A DNA stretch of 63,403 nucleotides, the filler included, from Octopus bimaculoides (taxonomy: Eukaryota), in NCBI RefSeq assembly GCF_001194135.2. It is 5 parts of 5 records of this genome, joined end to end, with 100 filler letters (N's around TTAATTAATTAA, not from the genome) between each part and the next. Parts side by side here need not be neighbours in the genome. Positions count along the whole stretch, not along the records: positions 1 to 14,874 come from NC_069007.1; positions 14,975 to 39,038 come from NC_069005.1; 3 more parts are not named here. One strand, given 5' to 3'. A program made the position numbers and the translations under genes. This document shows, one piece after another, positions 13,354 to 26,123 of this stretch. The notes beneath the pieces were generated by a model. The model saw only the letters and a program-made list of their open reading frames with translations, was not told the DNA's origin and made no database searches. Within the stretch, counting starts at the first letter, position 1; every line of letters starts with the position of its first letter.

Positions 13354-13872
13354 GGCGGCGAGCTGGCAGAATCGTTAGCACGCCGGGCGAAATGCTTAGC
13401 GGTATTTCGTCTGCCACTGCGTTCTGAGTTCAAATTCCGCCGAGGTCGACTTTGCCTTNNNNNNNNNNNNNNNNNNNNNNNNNNNNNNNNNNNNNNNNNN
13501 NNNNNNNNNNNNNNNNNNNNNNNNNNNNNNNNNNNNNNNNNNNNNNNNNNNNNNNNNNNNNNNNNNNNNNNNNNNNNNGTACCAGTTACGCACTGGGGTC
13601 GATATAATCGACTTAATCCGTTTGTCTGTCCTTGTTTGTCGCCTCTGTGTGTAGCCCCTTGTGGGCAGTAAAGAAATAGGTATTTCGTCTACCTTTTCGT
13701 TCTGAGTTCAAATTCAGCCGAGGTCGACTGTACCTTTCATCCTTTCAGGTCGATAAAATAAGTACCAGTTGAACACTGGAGGCCGATGTTATCGACTCAT
13801 CCCCTCACCCAAAATTGCTGCCCTTGTGGTAAAATTTGAAACCATTATTATTATTATTATTATTATTATTAT
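13255..13872 (+). mobile_element. Train of three family B SINEs separated by (ATT)n
   Basis: Tail 13255-13350, full copy 13351-13678, 5'-truncated copy 13679-13872. Confidence 0.85.
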
Positions 13873-14355
13873 GTTAGGGTACGGTTGTCTCTGCAACATT
13901 TGGTGTTGAAATAGGAGATGATTGTCTCTATTCACAAGTATGGGAATTCATAGAACTGAGCTGAGCTGTTTGTTCAGTGAACGCTGAACTGAAAGAGGGC
14001 GGGTGTATAAACTATGGATGTATAAACTACGAGTGTATATAATTTAACACTTGTTGTCACAATGACATAATTGATCTCACTCAAATGTTCAACTTCACAT
14101 CGCATTCCACATGAAGCGGAAACTAAGAAAACGACCTCAACACACAACCACTGCCTTCATGTTGTTGTTGGTGGTGCTGCTGTTGGTAGTGGAGGGTTTG
14201 GCGGTAGTGGTCTTGTTGTTGTTGCTATGATTGTTGTTGTTATTGTTGTAGTTAGCCCTCAGGTCATCCCTGACCGAATAGACGTATCATTAAAGGCGTT
14301 CTAGCTACGAACATCTATATACATACATACATACACATATATATACGTATATATT

Positions 14356-14402
<47 letters not shown>

Positions 14403-14874
14403 CGTACATATATGCATATATATATGTATATATATACATATATATATATATACATATATATACACACACATATATATATACATACATGCATACATACATA
14501 GCCATACATACATACACACACATACACACATACTGCTAATACTTTACATGTACCGCATCCTCGCGTTGTTTTTTTTTTTTTGTTCTTCGCTTTTTAGATT
14601 TACTATATATATATATATAGTTTGTGCAACATGGCCGAATGTCTGAGGAGTTCGCTCTGCAAACTTGAGAACACGTTTTCGATCTCACTGCGTGATTTCT
14701 TTGACGTTATTTTCCGTAGCCTCAGGTCGCCCATACTCTTTGTGTGCGAAATCGAGTGCAACGACAAATGTTTTTTACTGCAGCATGAAGGTGCGGACAG
14801 AATAACTTTCAAGTGTACCAGTTCTTTAATTCTTTTGGGGGTTTGGGGTTTTTTTTTTTTTTTTTTTTTAGTCA

Positions 14875-14974
14875 NNNNNNNNNNNNNNNNNNNNNNNNNN
14901 NNNNNNNNNNNNNNNNNNTTAATTAATTAANNNNNNNNNNNNNNNNNNNNNNNNNNNNNNNNNNNNNNNNNNNN
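14875..14974. other. Artificial scaffold-joining spacer (44N-TTAATTAATTAA-44N)
   Basis: Exactly 44 N, a 12-mer with stops in all six frames, 44 N; total 100 bp; identical at four sites. Confidence 0.95.
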
Positions 14975-15318
14975 GGGGGGGGGGAGGTAGCTCCCCTCCG
15001 CCCCGCCTTTCCTCCATCTGGAGTATCTTATCACACCACCCTTACTAACCCTTCCCAGCTCACCATCACACAATAGCTTGCTCATCTTATAAAACTAGGT
15101 CAAGCAGAAGTGATTTAAATAGGTCGAGCAAAAGTGATTTAAATAGGCCACAGGACATGGTTCACCAGTACTTAACCAAACACACTCACACACACACACA
15201 CCCCAAGTGAGGTGTCCTTATTTCTGAATGAATGATTGGAAAGGGAAAAAAAAGGGCAATGTATATTCACCCTAATTGATAATCATAGGCTATATTGTTG
15301 TTGTTATTGTTGTTGTTG

Positions 15319-15775
15319 AGGTGGTGAGCTGGCAGAATTGTTTGCACACTGGGCAAAATGCTTAGTGGCATTTCGTCTGTTTTAACATTCTGAGTTCAAA
15401 TTCCGCTGAGGTTGACTTTGCCTTTCAGCCTCTTGGGGTCGTTAGATTAAGTACCAGTCAAGTACTGAGGTTGATGAAATCAACTATCTCCCTTTACACA
15501 AATTCCAGGCCTTGTGCTTATAAATAGAAAGGATTATTGGCGTTGTTGAAGATGGTGAGCAGGTAGATTCATTAGCACACGGGACAAAATGCTTAACAAC
15601 ATTTCCCCTGTCTTTATGTTCTGAGTTCAAATTCTGCTGAGGTTGACTCTGCTTTTCATCCTTCCAGGGTCAATAAAATAAGTACCAGACATATACTGGA
15701 ATTGTTGTAATTGACTTTCCCCCTCCCCTCAAAAACTACTGGCCCTGGGCCAAAATTTGAAATTGTTGTTGATGT
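15319..15775 (+). mobile_element. Two tandem family B SINEs
   Basis: Heads at ~15319 and ~15548, each preceded by (GTT)n-like sequence. Confidence 0.85.
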
Positions 15776-16079
15776 TGTTTACCTTCCTTTCTACCTGCTC
15801 CAATCAGCCCTGACTGAACAGATTTATAATTATGATTAAAGGCAATCCAATTGTGACCATTCCATCGTTTTCATATGTGTAGAGAAATCTAGAACCACAT
15901 TATTTAGCATGTTCTTTTCTAAGATGAGAGAGTGTAATTTGAGAGAGAATGAGAGAAACGTGGCTGCTATTTCTTGCACATTGGGTGACTGTGAAGAAAC
16001 TTTCAAGGTCCATGAGGCACAGGTTCAAATTCCATTGTAGTAGTCACTTTACAGTTGTTGCTGTTGTTGTGGGTGTTGC

Positions 16080-16307
16080 TTAACCATTCAGTTACTACAT
16101 TTCTCTTCAAATATACTAACTTTATTTTCATTAATTTTAAAAACAAATGAAAAATTTAATAAAATTACATTGTCATTATTAAAATGATGTTTGGAACATA
16201 AATTAACATGAAATTTTAATATGATGCTTTAATTCATATAATTTTAAAACAGGAACATTTTATTATAGAACCAGGTCTGTTCCAGGTGGGTTAATATCAA
16301 AAGGGTC
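16080..16307. mobile_element. Possible piggyBac-like MITE remnant
   Basis: Begins TTAACCATT, ends ...ATCAAAAGGGT; AT-rich interior; weak terminal symmetry. Confidence 0.3.
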
Positions 16308-16901
16308 CACTCTAAATAAGCCTCTGTTTATGCCAGACTATCGTCCATCTAAAGTCATCCCAGCTGTGACAATTCCATCCTTTTATGTATATTATAAAGT
16401 AACTTAGATAAACCTGGTTGCTATTTCTAGCAGGCTGAATGGCCCAACCACGCAGAAGCTCCCTCATTGGTTCATTTACAATTTCTTTTATAATGAAAAC
16501 TATATATGAGGAGGTGGGGAGGTGGTGGAGGAAGAAAGATTGATTGGGAGAGGGAAGGGGAGAACATGAAAAAATATGAAGACAGAGGCAGGGAGTAAAA
16601 GAAAAAGAGATTGGAAGAGAGTAAGATAGAGGAGGGGGTGGAGAGAGAGTGAGGGATAAAAGGAGAGAGTGAGGGATAAAAGGAGAGAGAAAGAGAGTAG
16701 TTGAATCAAAGTAGTAGCTAAACCTTACACTAATATGCTCCCAGTGATGGACCCTTGATATACAGTGAGTCCCAATCTTTCCACTGTCAATGATTCCTTT
16801 TACTGAAAGGAAATTTTCCATGGAACCCAGGTTTTTGGAAAGGTCTTTCTAATCAACAAGATGATTGTACTAACAAAAAAAACCTTTTTCTCAGTTTCAT
16901 T

Positions 16902-17070
16902 CGCAGGAGTGGCTGTGTGGTAAGTAGCTTGCTTACCAACCACATGGTTCCGGGTTCAGTCCCACTGCGTGGCACCTTGGGCAAGTGTCCTCTATTATAG
17001 CCTCGGGCTGACCAAAGCCTTGTAAGTGGATTTGGTAGACAGAAACTGAAAGAAGCCCGTCTTATATATG

Positions 17071-17101
<31 letters not shown>

Positions 17102-17305
17102 TTGTGTGTCTGTGTTTGTCCCCCCACCATCGCTTGACAACCGATGCTGGTGTGTTTACGTCCCCCTAACTTAGCGGTTCGGCAAAAAGAAACCGATAGA
17201 ATAAGTACTAGGCTTCCAAAGAATAAGTCCTGGGGTCGATCTGCTCGACTAAAGGCGGTGTTCCAGCATGGCCACAGTCAAAATGACTGAAACAAGTAAG
17301 AGAGT
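16902..17305 (+). mobile_element. tRNA-derived SINE, family A (full length)
   Basis: Head with A box TGGCTGTGTGG and B box GGTTCAGTCC, internal (TA)n(TG)n tract, 3' region ending ATGACTGAAACAAGTAA; about 20 copies or fragments in the window. Confidence 0.9.
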
Positions 17306-17497
17306 AATTAAAATATGTTTGTAAGTGAATAATTAAATGTGGCAGAGCAACTAGACCCCATATATTGCAGCCTTTCAAAAATGGCCCCAATTAATCTAAA
17401 CAAATTTTCTTATGGAGCCCAGGTTTTGAAATGAACCTATCTGTATGTGAATATGAATACACATACACATGCACATACATAGAAACGTACACATACT

Positions 17498-17675
17498 GGT
17501 TGATAGGGGAGTCTCTACATGTTAACTTAAAACTGCTAAACACAGCAGCAAAATCTTCATCAAATCACATGGTAGAGTCTTTAAAATGGTAGGAAGCATT
17601 GAATTATGTAATCCTAGATATACGATGTCAACTTGACCAGGGCTGACCTGATGGACTATGGCTAAACAACAACAG
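17498..17675 (+). mobile_element. Interspersed repeat family I, (CAA)n tail
   Basis: Reverse complement of 19007-19178; fragments also at 15780-15990, 16310-16450, 33860-34195 and 34680-34850. Confidence 0.8.
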
Positions 17676-18134
17676 CAATAACAGCAATACATGAGGAAAT
17701 CTCAAAAATATTTCAAAAACCAGTTGACCCATGTTAGCATGAGTGTGAGAAAGAAATCATTGGCATGTCAGCAGATATGCTTTACAGTATATCTTCCAGC
17801 TCTCTAAATTCTGAGATCAAATCCCACCTGACTGAAGAAGGCAACGGGAAACCACTCTCATATTCATCCCAAATCTAGTCATGGTAGCCTAAGTTTCAGT
17901 AATCTACTTAACAGTAGCAGGGGAGGGTATGGACCCTCCCAGGTTGTACAGAGAGTGCTGGAGAAAGTTCACATGTGTAGGACCTGCTTAAGGGCAGGCT
18001 ACCACAAGACTATATTTGGCAAATATACATTGTATACTGCAACCTTTTAGTGGACCCTATTTAAATGTCTAAACAGATTTTGAACAGATACAATGGGTTT
18101 CTTTCAGCTTTTGTCTTGGGCTAAAGTAGATGAT

Positions 18135-18532
18135 GTGGAGGCGCAATGGCCCAGTGGTTAGGGCAGTGGACTCGCAGTCATAGGATCGTGGTTTCGATTC
18201 CTAAACCGGGCGTCGTGAGTGTTTATTGAGCGAAAACACCTAAAGCTCCACGAGGCTCTGGCAGGGGATGGTGGCGGACCCTGCTGTACTCTTTCACCAC
18301 AACTTTCTCTCGCTCTTACTTCCTGTTTCTGTTGTGCCTGTAATTTAAAGGGTCAGCCTTGTCACACTGTGTCACGCTGAATATCCCCGAGAACTACGTT
18401 AAGGGTACATGTGTCTGTGGAGTGTTCAGCCACTTACATGTTAATTTCACGAGCAGGCTGTTCCGTTGATCGGATCAACTGGAACCCTCGACGTTGTAAG
18501 TGACAGAGTGCCAACAACAACAACAACAACAA
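18135..18532 (+). mobile_element. tRNA-derived SINE, family C (full length, (CAA)n tail)
   Basis: A box TGGCCCAGTGG, B box GTTTCGATTC; near-identical copies at 26124-26430 and 51517-51857. Confidence 0.92.
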
Positions 18533-19006
18533 AAAGTAGATGACACTTACTCAAGGTGCCATGCTGTGGAACTGAACCTGAAGCACCATGGTTGGGAAGC
18601 AAACTTCTTAACCACACTGATGAGGGCAAAGAGAGAGATTTTTGAGACTGGTTGAGTCTTTGAAACACAAAAAAAACAACAACAAAAGCAAACAAAAAAA
18701 CCACTGTATGTTAGAATACTTGTAAAACTTGTTCTATAATGAGGTGAGAGAAATAAAAAAAAAAAAAAAGAGTATGTGAGGGTAGAAGGTAGTGGGTGTG
18801 ATGTAATTGTGGTTGCAGTAATTACAGTTCTGAACTTCAGAATTTAAATCCAGACAATAGCTGTTGCTGCTGCTCTTTTTATTGTTCATGGTTTTCTTTT
18901 TGCAATTATTTATTATTTTTCTGGGTTTTTTTTTAATACTCATGCTAACATGGGTCAACAGGTTTGTGAAATTTTTTTGAGATTTCCTTATTCATTATTG
19001 CATTTA

Positions 19007-19178
19007 TTGCTGTTTAGCCATACTTCACCAGGTCAGCCCTGGCCAAGATGACATTGTGTATCTTGGATTACACATTCAATGGTTCCTAGCATTTTAAAGA
19101 CATTAACAAATGGTTTGAGGAGATTTTGCTACTGTGTCTAGCAGGTTTGAGTTAACATGTAGAGACATCCTTATCAAC
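19007..19178 (-). mobile_element. Family I copy
   Basis: Inverted relative to 17498-17675. Confidence 0.8.
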
Positions 19179-19736
19179 AAGTGTGCATGTGTGTGCATTT
19201 GTATGTACATACAAGTGTGTGTGAATTTATGTTTGTGTCTATATACACCTCTCAGCATTCACTATTTTCCTCTCGTTCTGGTCTAACGACCCCGCCCCAT
19301 GTTTGTTTTCATTTGGTTTCCTTGTATATCTCTACTGTCCTGTTTCTATTCCCAACTCTGACCCTCCATAAATCCTAAATTTTATTTTAGAATTCATGGG
19401 AGCAACTGTCTTTAAAGACTCATATTGTCTTTGAAGGCTTGAAATGGAGAGTGAATGGACGGCCAACAACTGATGAGGGGTCTTTTCTCTGTTTTTACTT
19501 ATTCTGTTTTCCATTTTTTCTCATTCACGTATTTCACTTGTTTTTCTCTCATTTGTTTACATATTTCATGTTATTTGCACTGCTGGTGACGTCCTGTGCC
19601 CATGTGTGCATGTGTATATATGTATGTGCATGTGCATATATATATGTGCATGTATAATGTATATATATATTATATATTATTTTTTATCACATATACATAT
19701 GTGCATGTGTGAATGAATTTATGTATGTATATATAT

Positions 19737-20107
19737 TAGAGTGCAATGGGTAAACTGTCACCATTTTATATTTTTAATTTCATGCATGCACGTTGTTTCT
19801 ATTTGATTTTGTTGACTACATAGTATAGTAGGGTCAGTTGGGCACTGTCTGTGAGAAAGATAAACTGAAGGCAAGGATTATGGCAGCATTCACTAACTTA
19901 AACAAGGAGACTGTCCAGAAGAGTTGCAGGTGATTCCAGAGTCATCTAGAGGCCATGGTTGAAGCCAATGGTGATTTTATTGAATAAATTTACTTCTTAG
20001 TGTTTCAAGATATTTTTATGTAATTTTGGTCAATATATCTGTTAAAATGAGATGTCATTATTTTCATTTTTGCATAGTTTAGATGACAATTTATTCCCTG
20101 CATCCTG
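19737..20107 (+). mobile_element. Internally deleted Tc1/maT-like DNA transposon
   Basis: Transposase C-terminus EKDKLKARIMAAFTNLNKETVQKSCR*FQSHLEAMVEANGDFIE* (19852-19986). Diverged terminal repeats (about 17 of 26 matches), right end followed by TA. Confidence 0.7.
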
Positions 20108-20834
20108 TATATATATNNNNNNNNNNNNNNNNNNNNNNNNNNNNNNNNNNNNNNNNNNNNNNNNNNNNNNNNNNNNNNNNNNNNNNNNNNNNNNNNNNNN
20201 NNNNNNNNNNNNNNNNNNNNNNNNNNNNNNNNNNNNNNNNNNNNNNNNNNNNNNNNNNNNNNNNNNNNNNNNNNNNNNNNNNNNNNNNNNNNNNNNNNNN
20301 NNNNNNNNNNNNNNNNNNNNNNNNNNNNNNNNNNNNNNNNNNNNNNNNNNNNNNNNNNNNNNNNNNNNNNNNNNNNNNNNNNNNNNNNNNNNNNNNNNNN
20401 NNNNNNNNNNNNNNNNNNNNNNNNNNNNNNNNNNNNNNNNNNNNNNNNNNNNNNNNNNNNNNNNNNNNNNNNNNNNNNNNNNNNNNNNNNNNNNNNNNNN
20501 NNNNNNNNNNNNNNNNNNNNNNNNNNNNNNNNNNNNNNNNNNNNNNNNNNNNNNNNNNNNNNNNNNNNNNNNNNNNNNNNNNNNNNNNNNNNNNNNNNNN
20601 NNNNNNNNNNNNNNNNNNNNNNNNNNNNNNNNNNNNNNNNNNNNNNNNNNNNNNNNNNNNNNNNNNNNNNNNNNNNNNNNNNNNNNNNNNNNNNNNNNNN
20701 NNNNNNNNNNNNNNNNNNNNNNNNNNNNNNNNNNNNNAAGAATAATACCAACAATGGCAGTGATGTACAGTTACCACTGTAGAAGAACCAAATAAAAGAC
20801 AATAAAATAACAACTACAAACACACACACACATG

Positions 20835-20880
<46 letters not shown>

Positions 20881-20965
20881 TGTAGGAGCAGTTGCACATA
20901 CACAAACATACATGCAAGCACGGCTGTGTGGCTAAGTACACACACACACACTCATGCGCACACAT

Positions 20966-21003
<38 letters not shown>

Positions 21004-21624
21004 GCACATAATGGATTCAAATTTTGGCAGAAGGCCAGCAAGTTTGGGGAGAGGGAATTAAATTGATTACATCGACCCCAGTACTCAACTGGTACTTATT
21101 TCATTGATCCTGAAAAGATGCAAGGCAAAGTAGACTTTGGCGAAATTTGAACCCAGAATGTAAAAATTTGAACCCAGAATTAGAGTCAAAACTGACAGAA
21201 ACAAAACTCTGTCAGTTTTGACTCTAATTCACCTGAATTACCTGCTCATTGAATAAGCATTTACATGGCTGAGTACTTCACAGACATGTGTACTATTAGT
21301 GCAATTCTCAAGCAAAATTGGTGTAACACAGTGTGACATTATCAGACCTTTTAATTACAGGTATAAACTATTTATCAGGCTTTCTTGTAGCTGCCTTCTA
21401 TATGATTCCATTCAAAAGGCTTGGGACGACTCAGGGTTGTAATAAAAGATACTTGCTTGAGATGCCCTGCAGTGGGGTTGAATCTGGGATCTCATGATTT
21501 CAAAATGAATTTCTTGACCATTCAACGATTTCAGAATCTGGAACCATGTTCTTGGGATGCAAACTTCTTACCATGCAGCCATTCCAACACTTTGAAGGCA
21601 AGTCTGAAAATACCAGTGCCTTTA

Positions 21625-21980
21625 GACATGCCTGTGCTTATAGCCATGTCTGTACCTATAGTAATGCCTATGCCTATGAGCTAGGCCTACCTGTAGCCAT
21701 TGTTGAGCCTATAAGCCTTCTCTACACTTATAGCTAAGGCAGCACCCATAGCTATAACTGCCTGTAGCCATGCCTGCACCTATAGCCATACCTGTGGCCA
21801 GAAGTCACACCTGTGTCTATAACCATATCTGTATATATAGCCATGCTTGCACCTGTAAGTTACACCTGTGCCTATAACAATGCTATAGCCATGCTATAGT
21901 CATGCCTATGCCTATAGCCATACCTGTAATCATAAGCCACACCTGTGTCTATAGCCACTCCTGAACATATAAGCCATGTC
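21625..21980. repeat. Degenerate minisatellite (CCTGTGCCTATAGCCATG-like, ~12-18 bp units), left half
   Basis: Many variants of CCTATAGCCATG; the array resumes after the mariner insertion. Confidence 0.8.
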
Positions 21981-21982
21981 TA

Positions 21983-22876
21983 CGTGGTCTGATCAATAAG
22001 TATCCGTACTGTTGCTATAGTAGCGAAGCTAAAACATGCAGAGTGAAGCCACTTGGCAAAGATTCTCCTTGGACTCTATTGTGAATGCATACTGAGTTTT
22101 AACGTTCTAACTCACTTCCATTGTTTACATCAGTGCTTGGAAGAAAGGTGTGTAGCATGTGATCATCACATTGACTGTAACAGAGGAAGTTGTCATGGTG
22201 ACACCTGCTCAGAGGCCTACGCAAAGTTGCAGAAAGTGTATGGAGAGGAGTGTATGTTGCTGCATAGAAGTGTACAAGTGGTTCAGACGTTTCCAAGAGG
22301 GCTGAAAAAATGTTGATATTGATAAATGTTCAGGGTGACCCACAACTAGCAGAACTAAGAAAAACATCACAGATGTGCTTGCAGTTGTCAGAGGAAATCG
22401 TTGAATCACCTTCCATGAGTTATCAGAGGATGTGCAGATTAGTTACGGTTCAGTTCAATCCAACATCACTGAAGTTTTGGGTCTGAGATGCGTGTCTGCC
22501 AAGTTTGTGCTAAAACTGCTTTCAGCTAACCAAAAAGACACTCAGGTTTCGGTTGTACAAGATCTCCTTGATTGTGTCGAGAACGATGAAAACTTTTTGT
22601 AAACTTTGTGTAGGCCTCTGAGCAGGTATCGCCAAGCTTTTGGCAAAATTTGATGCAGATTCTCTGCTCAACTTTCTGTCATGGTCAATGCAATGATTAC
22701 ATGCTACACACCTTCCTTCCAAGCACTGTTGTAAACAGTGGAAGCGAGCTAGAATGTTAAAACTTAGTCCAGATGCACAGCCAAGTTCAGGTTCAATCTT
22801 TGCCAGACAGCTTTACTCTGCATACATTAGCTTCGTTACTATGTCAACAGTCAGGATACTTATCGATCAGACCACA
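21983..22876 (+). mobile_element. Non-autonomous mariner derivative with long (~250-275 bp) inverted repeats
   Basis: TA on both sides (21981-82, 22877-78); 21983-22228 mirrors 22602-22876. Decayed transposase N-terminus: GDTCSEAYAKLQKVYGEECM..KWFRRFQEG..PTTSRT..ISYGSVQSNITEVLGLRCVSAKFVLKLL..ENDENFL; EQRICIKFCQKLGDT is read from the right repeat. Confidence 0.9.
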
Positions 22877-22878
22877 TA

Positions 22879-23225
22879 TACCTGTAGCTATGCTTGAGCC
22901 TATAGCCACGCTTGTGTCTATAGCCATTTTTGTGCCTATAACCATTCCTGTATAACCATCCTTGTAGCCATGCCTGTGCTTACAGCCATATCCATACCTA
23001 CACCTACAAGTCGTGTCTGTGCCTATACTAAAGCCTGTGTCTGTAGCATACCTGTGTTTATAACCATGCATATGCCTATAACCATGCTTGTACTTATAGT
23101 GATGCCTTGCACTTATAAACCACATCTATATTGCTTCTTGTGCTTATAACTATGTCTGTGTTCGTAGCCATGCCAGCACCTATAAGCCATGCCAATACTC
23201 ATAAGCCATGTCTGTGCATGTAGCT
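22879..23225. repeat. Same degenerate minisatellite, right half
   Basis: Same TATAGCCAT / CCTGTG units as 21625-21980. Confidence 0.8.
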
Positions 23226-23990
23226 TAACATACAGAAGGGCTTCTGAATAATTTTTCTGAATCAAAATTTATTGAGAAATCATTGGTCACCACGAGGCTA
23301 CATAAGAAAGCAAACAGCACAAATATCAAACCCGCAAACTCATGGATACCAAGCGAATTACTTAACTAGGCAGCAACACCATGCCTGCATATAAAGATGT
23401 AACATATTAAATCAAAAAGACAAATTGGCATGTGGATTGAAGTCTAAATAACAGCTCATCTGCAATTACATACCCTGAACACATGGATATGTATCCTTCT
23501 ACCAGCCCCTTTGCACATCACCTCCTACCAATATATTTCTTCAGGACCTCATTCTCTTTCTCTCTTTCTTCTCCCCCCCCCTCTCACACACACACGTACA
23601 GACACATAATGAAAAACTAAGTTGTTATACAAGTATTTTAACTGTCTCATAGCTTCCTCACCTGCGTTCTACACACACAAACAAACACATGTGCCCATGC
23701 ACACAGACACACATACACAAACATGCGCCATCTTCATACTCATTACTTACAATCAGTCAGGCATACACAGGTACATACATTCATACATACATACATGCAT
23801 GCATGCATGCATACATACATACATACACACACACGCTTATTCATTCATACTTACCAATCCCTCTTACACACACACACACCTACAGGCACAGACACACACA
23901 AACACCTCCCTGATGATAAACTCTCCACCCTGCCATGCAGAGTCATTTTAAAAGACATATGCATACACACACACACATACATATATATAC

Positions 23991-24044
<54 letters not shown>

Positions 24045-25383
24045 GCACGTTCATGTGCACATGCATTCGAACATACATACACACACATACATACAAACAC
24101 ACAACAGACAAGGACAATAGTGTCTACTCCAGAGGTGACTTCATTAAAAATAGACACCTCATCACCCTCGACACTGCCAACGCCAACGGCGCCACCACCA
24201 CCACTGCCAACACCACCAAAGAAGTAGTGTCATTGAGTCAACCACCTCTACTCACTCCCCCCAAGCCATCACCTCCTCCTCCTCCTCCTCCTTGTCCTAA
24301 CCAATCAACTAACCAAAGAATAAATAAATAAACAGCTAGAAGTAAGAATAGAAAAACAATTATACAAAAAAAAACCCAATAAAAACAAGGACAACAATAG
24401 CTTCTGTTAACCCCCCCCCTCCTCTCTGCTCTTTCCAAATCACACAGACACACTAACACCTACTGGCTCTGTAATTAAAGGTGTAGGTGCGGATGTGTGG
24501 AGCACTGTGGTGAGTAAACATGACACCTAATCGCATCAGCAACAACACCAACAACAACAGCAATAACAGTAGAAATCTCTACGGTGGAAGAAAGGGGTTA
24601 TTTGACCTGCTAGAAATAACAACGAAATCACACACATATTACAGTTTACCATCTTGCTAAAAAACAAAACAGGAAGGATCTCTGGCAGAACAAGAATTAA
24701 TATTGACTTAGATAATTCTCAATTTTGCAACTCCAAAGGACAAAAATAAGAAAAAAAATTTTTTTTAATAAGCAGACATTGTTGTATAGTAATGAAACTT
24801 CACTTTGCAAGTATTTTGGTCAAGGTTGAGTCCCACTGTGTGGCACCTTGGGCAAATGCCTTCTACTATGGCCCCAAGACATGTGAGTGAAATTTAGTAA
24901 AGAGAAAACATATGGAAGCCTGTTGTGTATTATATATATCNNNNNNNNNNNNNNNNNNNNNNNNNNNNNNNNNNNNNNNNNNNNNNNNNNNNNNNNNNNN
25001 NNNNNNNNNNNNNNNNNNNNNNNNNNNNNNNNNNNNNNNNNNNNNNNNNNNNNNNNNNNNNNNNNNNNNNNNNNNNNNNNNNNNNNNNNNNNNNNNNNNN
25101 NNNNNNNNNNNNNNNNNNNNNNNNNNNNNNNNNNNNNNNNNNNNNNNNNNNNNNNNNNNNNNNNNNNNNNNNNNNNNNNNNNNNNNNNNNNNNNNNNNNN
25201 NNNNNNNNNNNNNNNNNNNNNNNNNNNNNNNNNNNNNNNNNNNNNNNNNNNNNNNNNNNNNNNNNNNNNNNNNNNNNNNNNNNNNNNNNNNNNNNNNTAT
25301 GTATATATCTATATATATATAAACATACATATATATATCTATGTATATATCTATATATATATATACACATACATACATACATT

Positions 25384-25424
<41 letters not shown>

Positions 25425-26123
25425 ATACATGTATGTATGTATGTATATAAATATATATATGTATGTATGTATATATATATGAAAGCAATCGAGATCATGA
25501 AGATTTTGTGCCCAGATAAGACAAACTACTGTGCAACTTGAGGTGAGATATATTTGCACTGTTTCTAATGCAAATTCCAACCAGCACTCAAGACTCAAAA
25601 GCCACTTAAGTGCTCATACATGGAAAAAGCAAATTTGATAAAGAGTGGTTAAGCTTTGAATAAGAGCTGACAATCTCTCTCCCTCTCCCCCTTCTCTTTC
25701 TCTGTCTTTGCATTTCTTTTTGCTCCCCTAACTGGTTGACAAGTGGTGTTGCTTGGTTTATATCCCTGCAACTCAGAGTTCAGTCAAAAGAGACTAATAG
25801 AATAAATAGCATACTCAAAAATAAGTACTGGGGTTAATTTGTTTGATTTGTTTGACTAAACCCGTCAAAACAGCAATACCCCAGTTTGCTCACAGTCCAA
25901 TGACTGAAACAAGTAAAAGATAAATGAAAGATATAAGATATATTGACATATATAACCGTTATCATTTTATATTTGTTTTCCATGCTAAATTAGGTTGAAT
26001 AGTTTGACAGGATACAAATAGACCAGAGGAGGACCAGCGCTTGCTCCAGTATCACAGTTTTTATGTGGTTCCTATGGCTAGATGCCCTTCCTAACATTAA
26101 CTACCTTACATAGTGTACTGGGT

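Noticed and set aside
18135-18210. tRNA-like sequences with A and B boxes
   Set aside because: They continue into shared SINE bodies and occur in many diverged copies; SINE heads, not tRNA genes.
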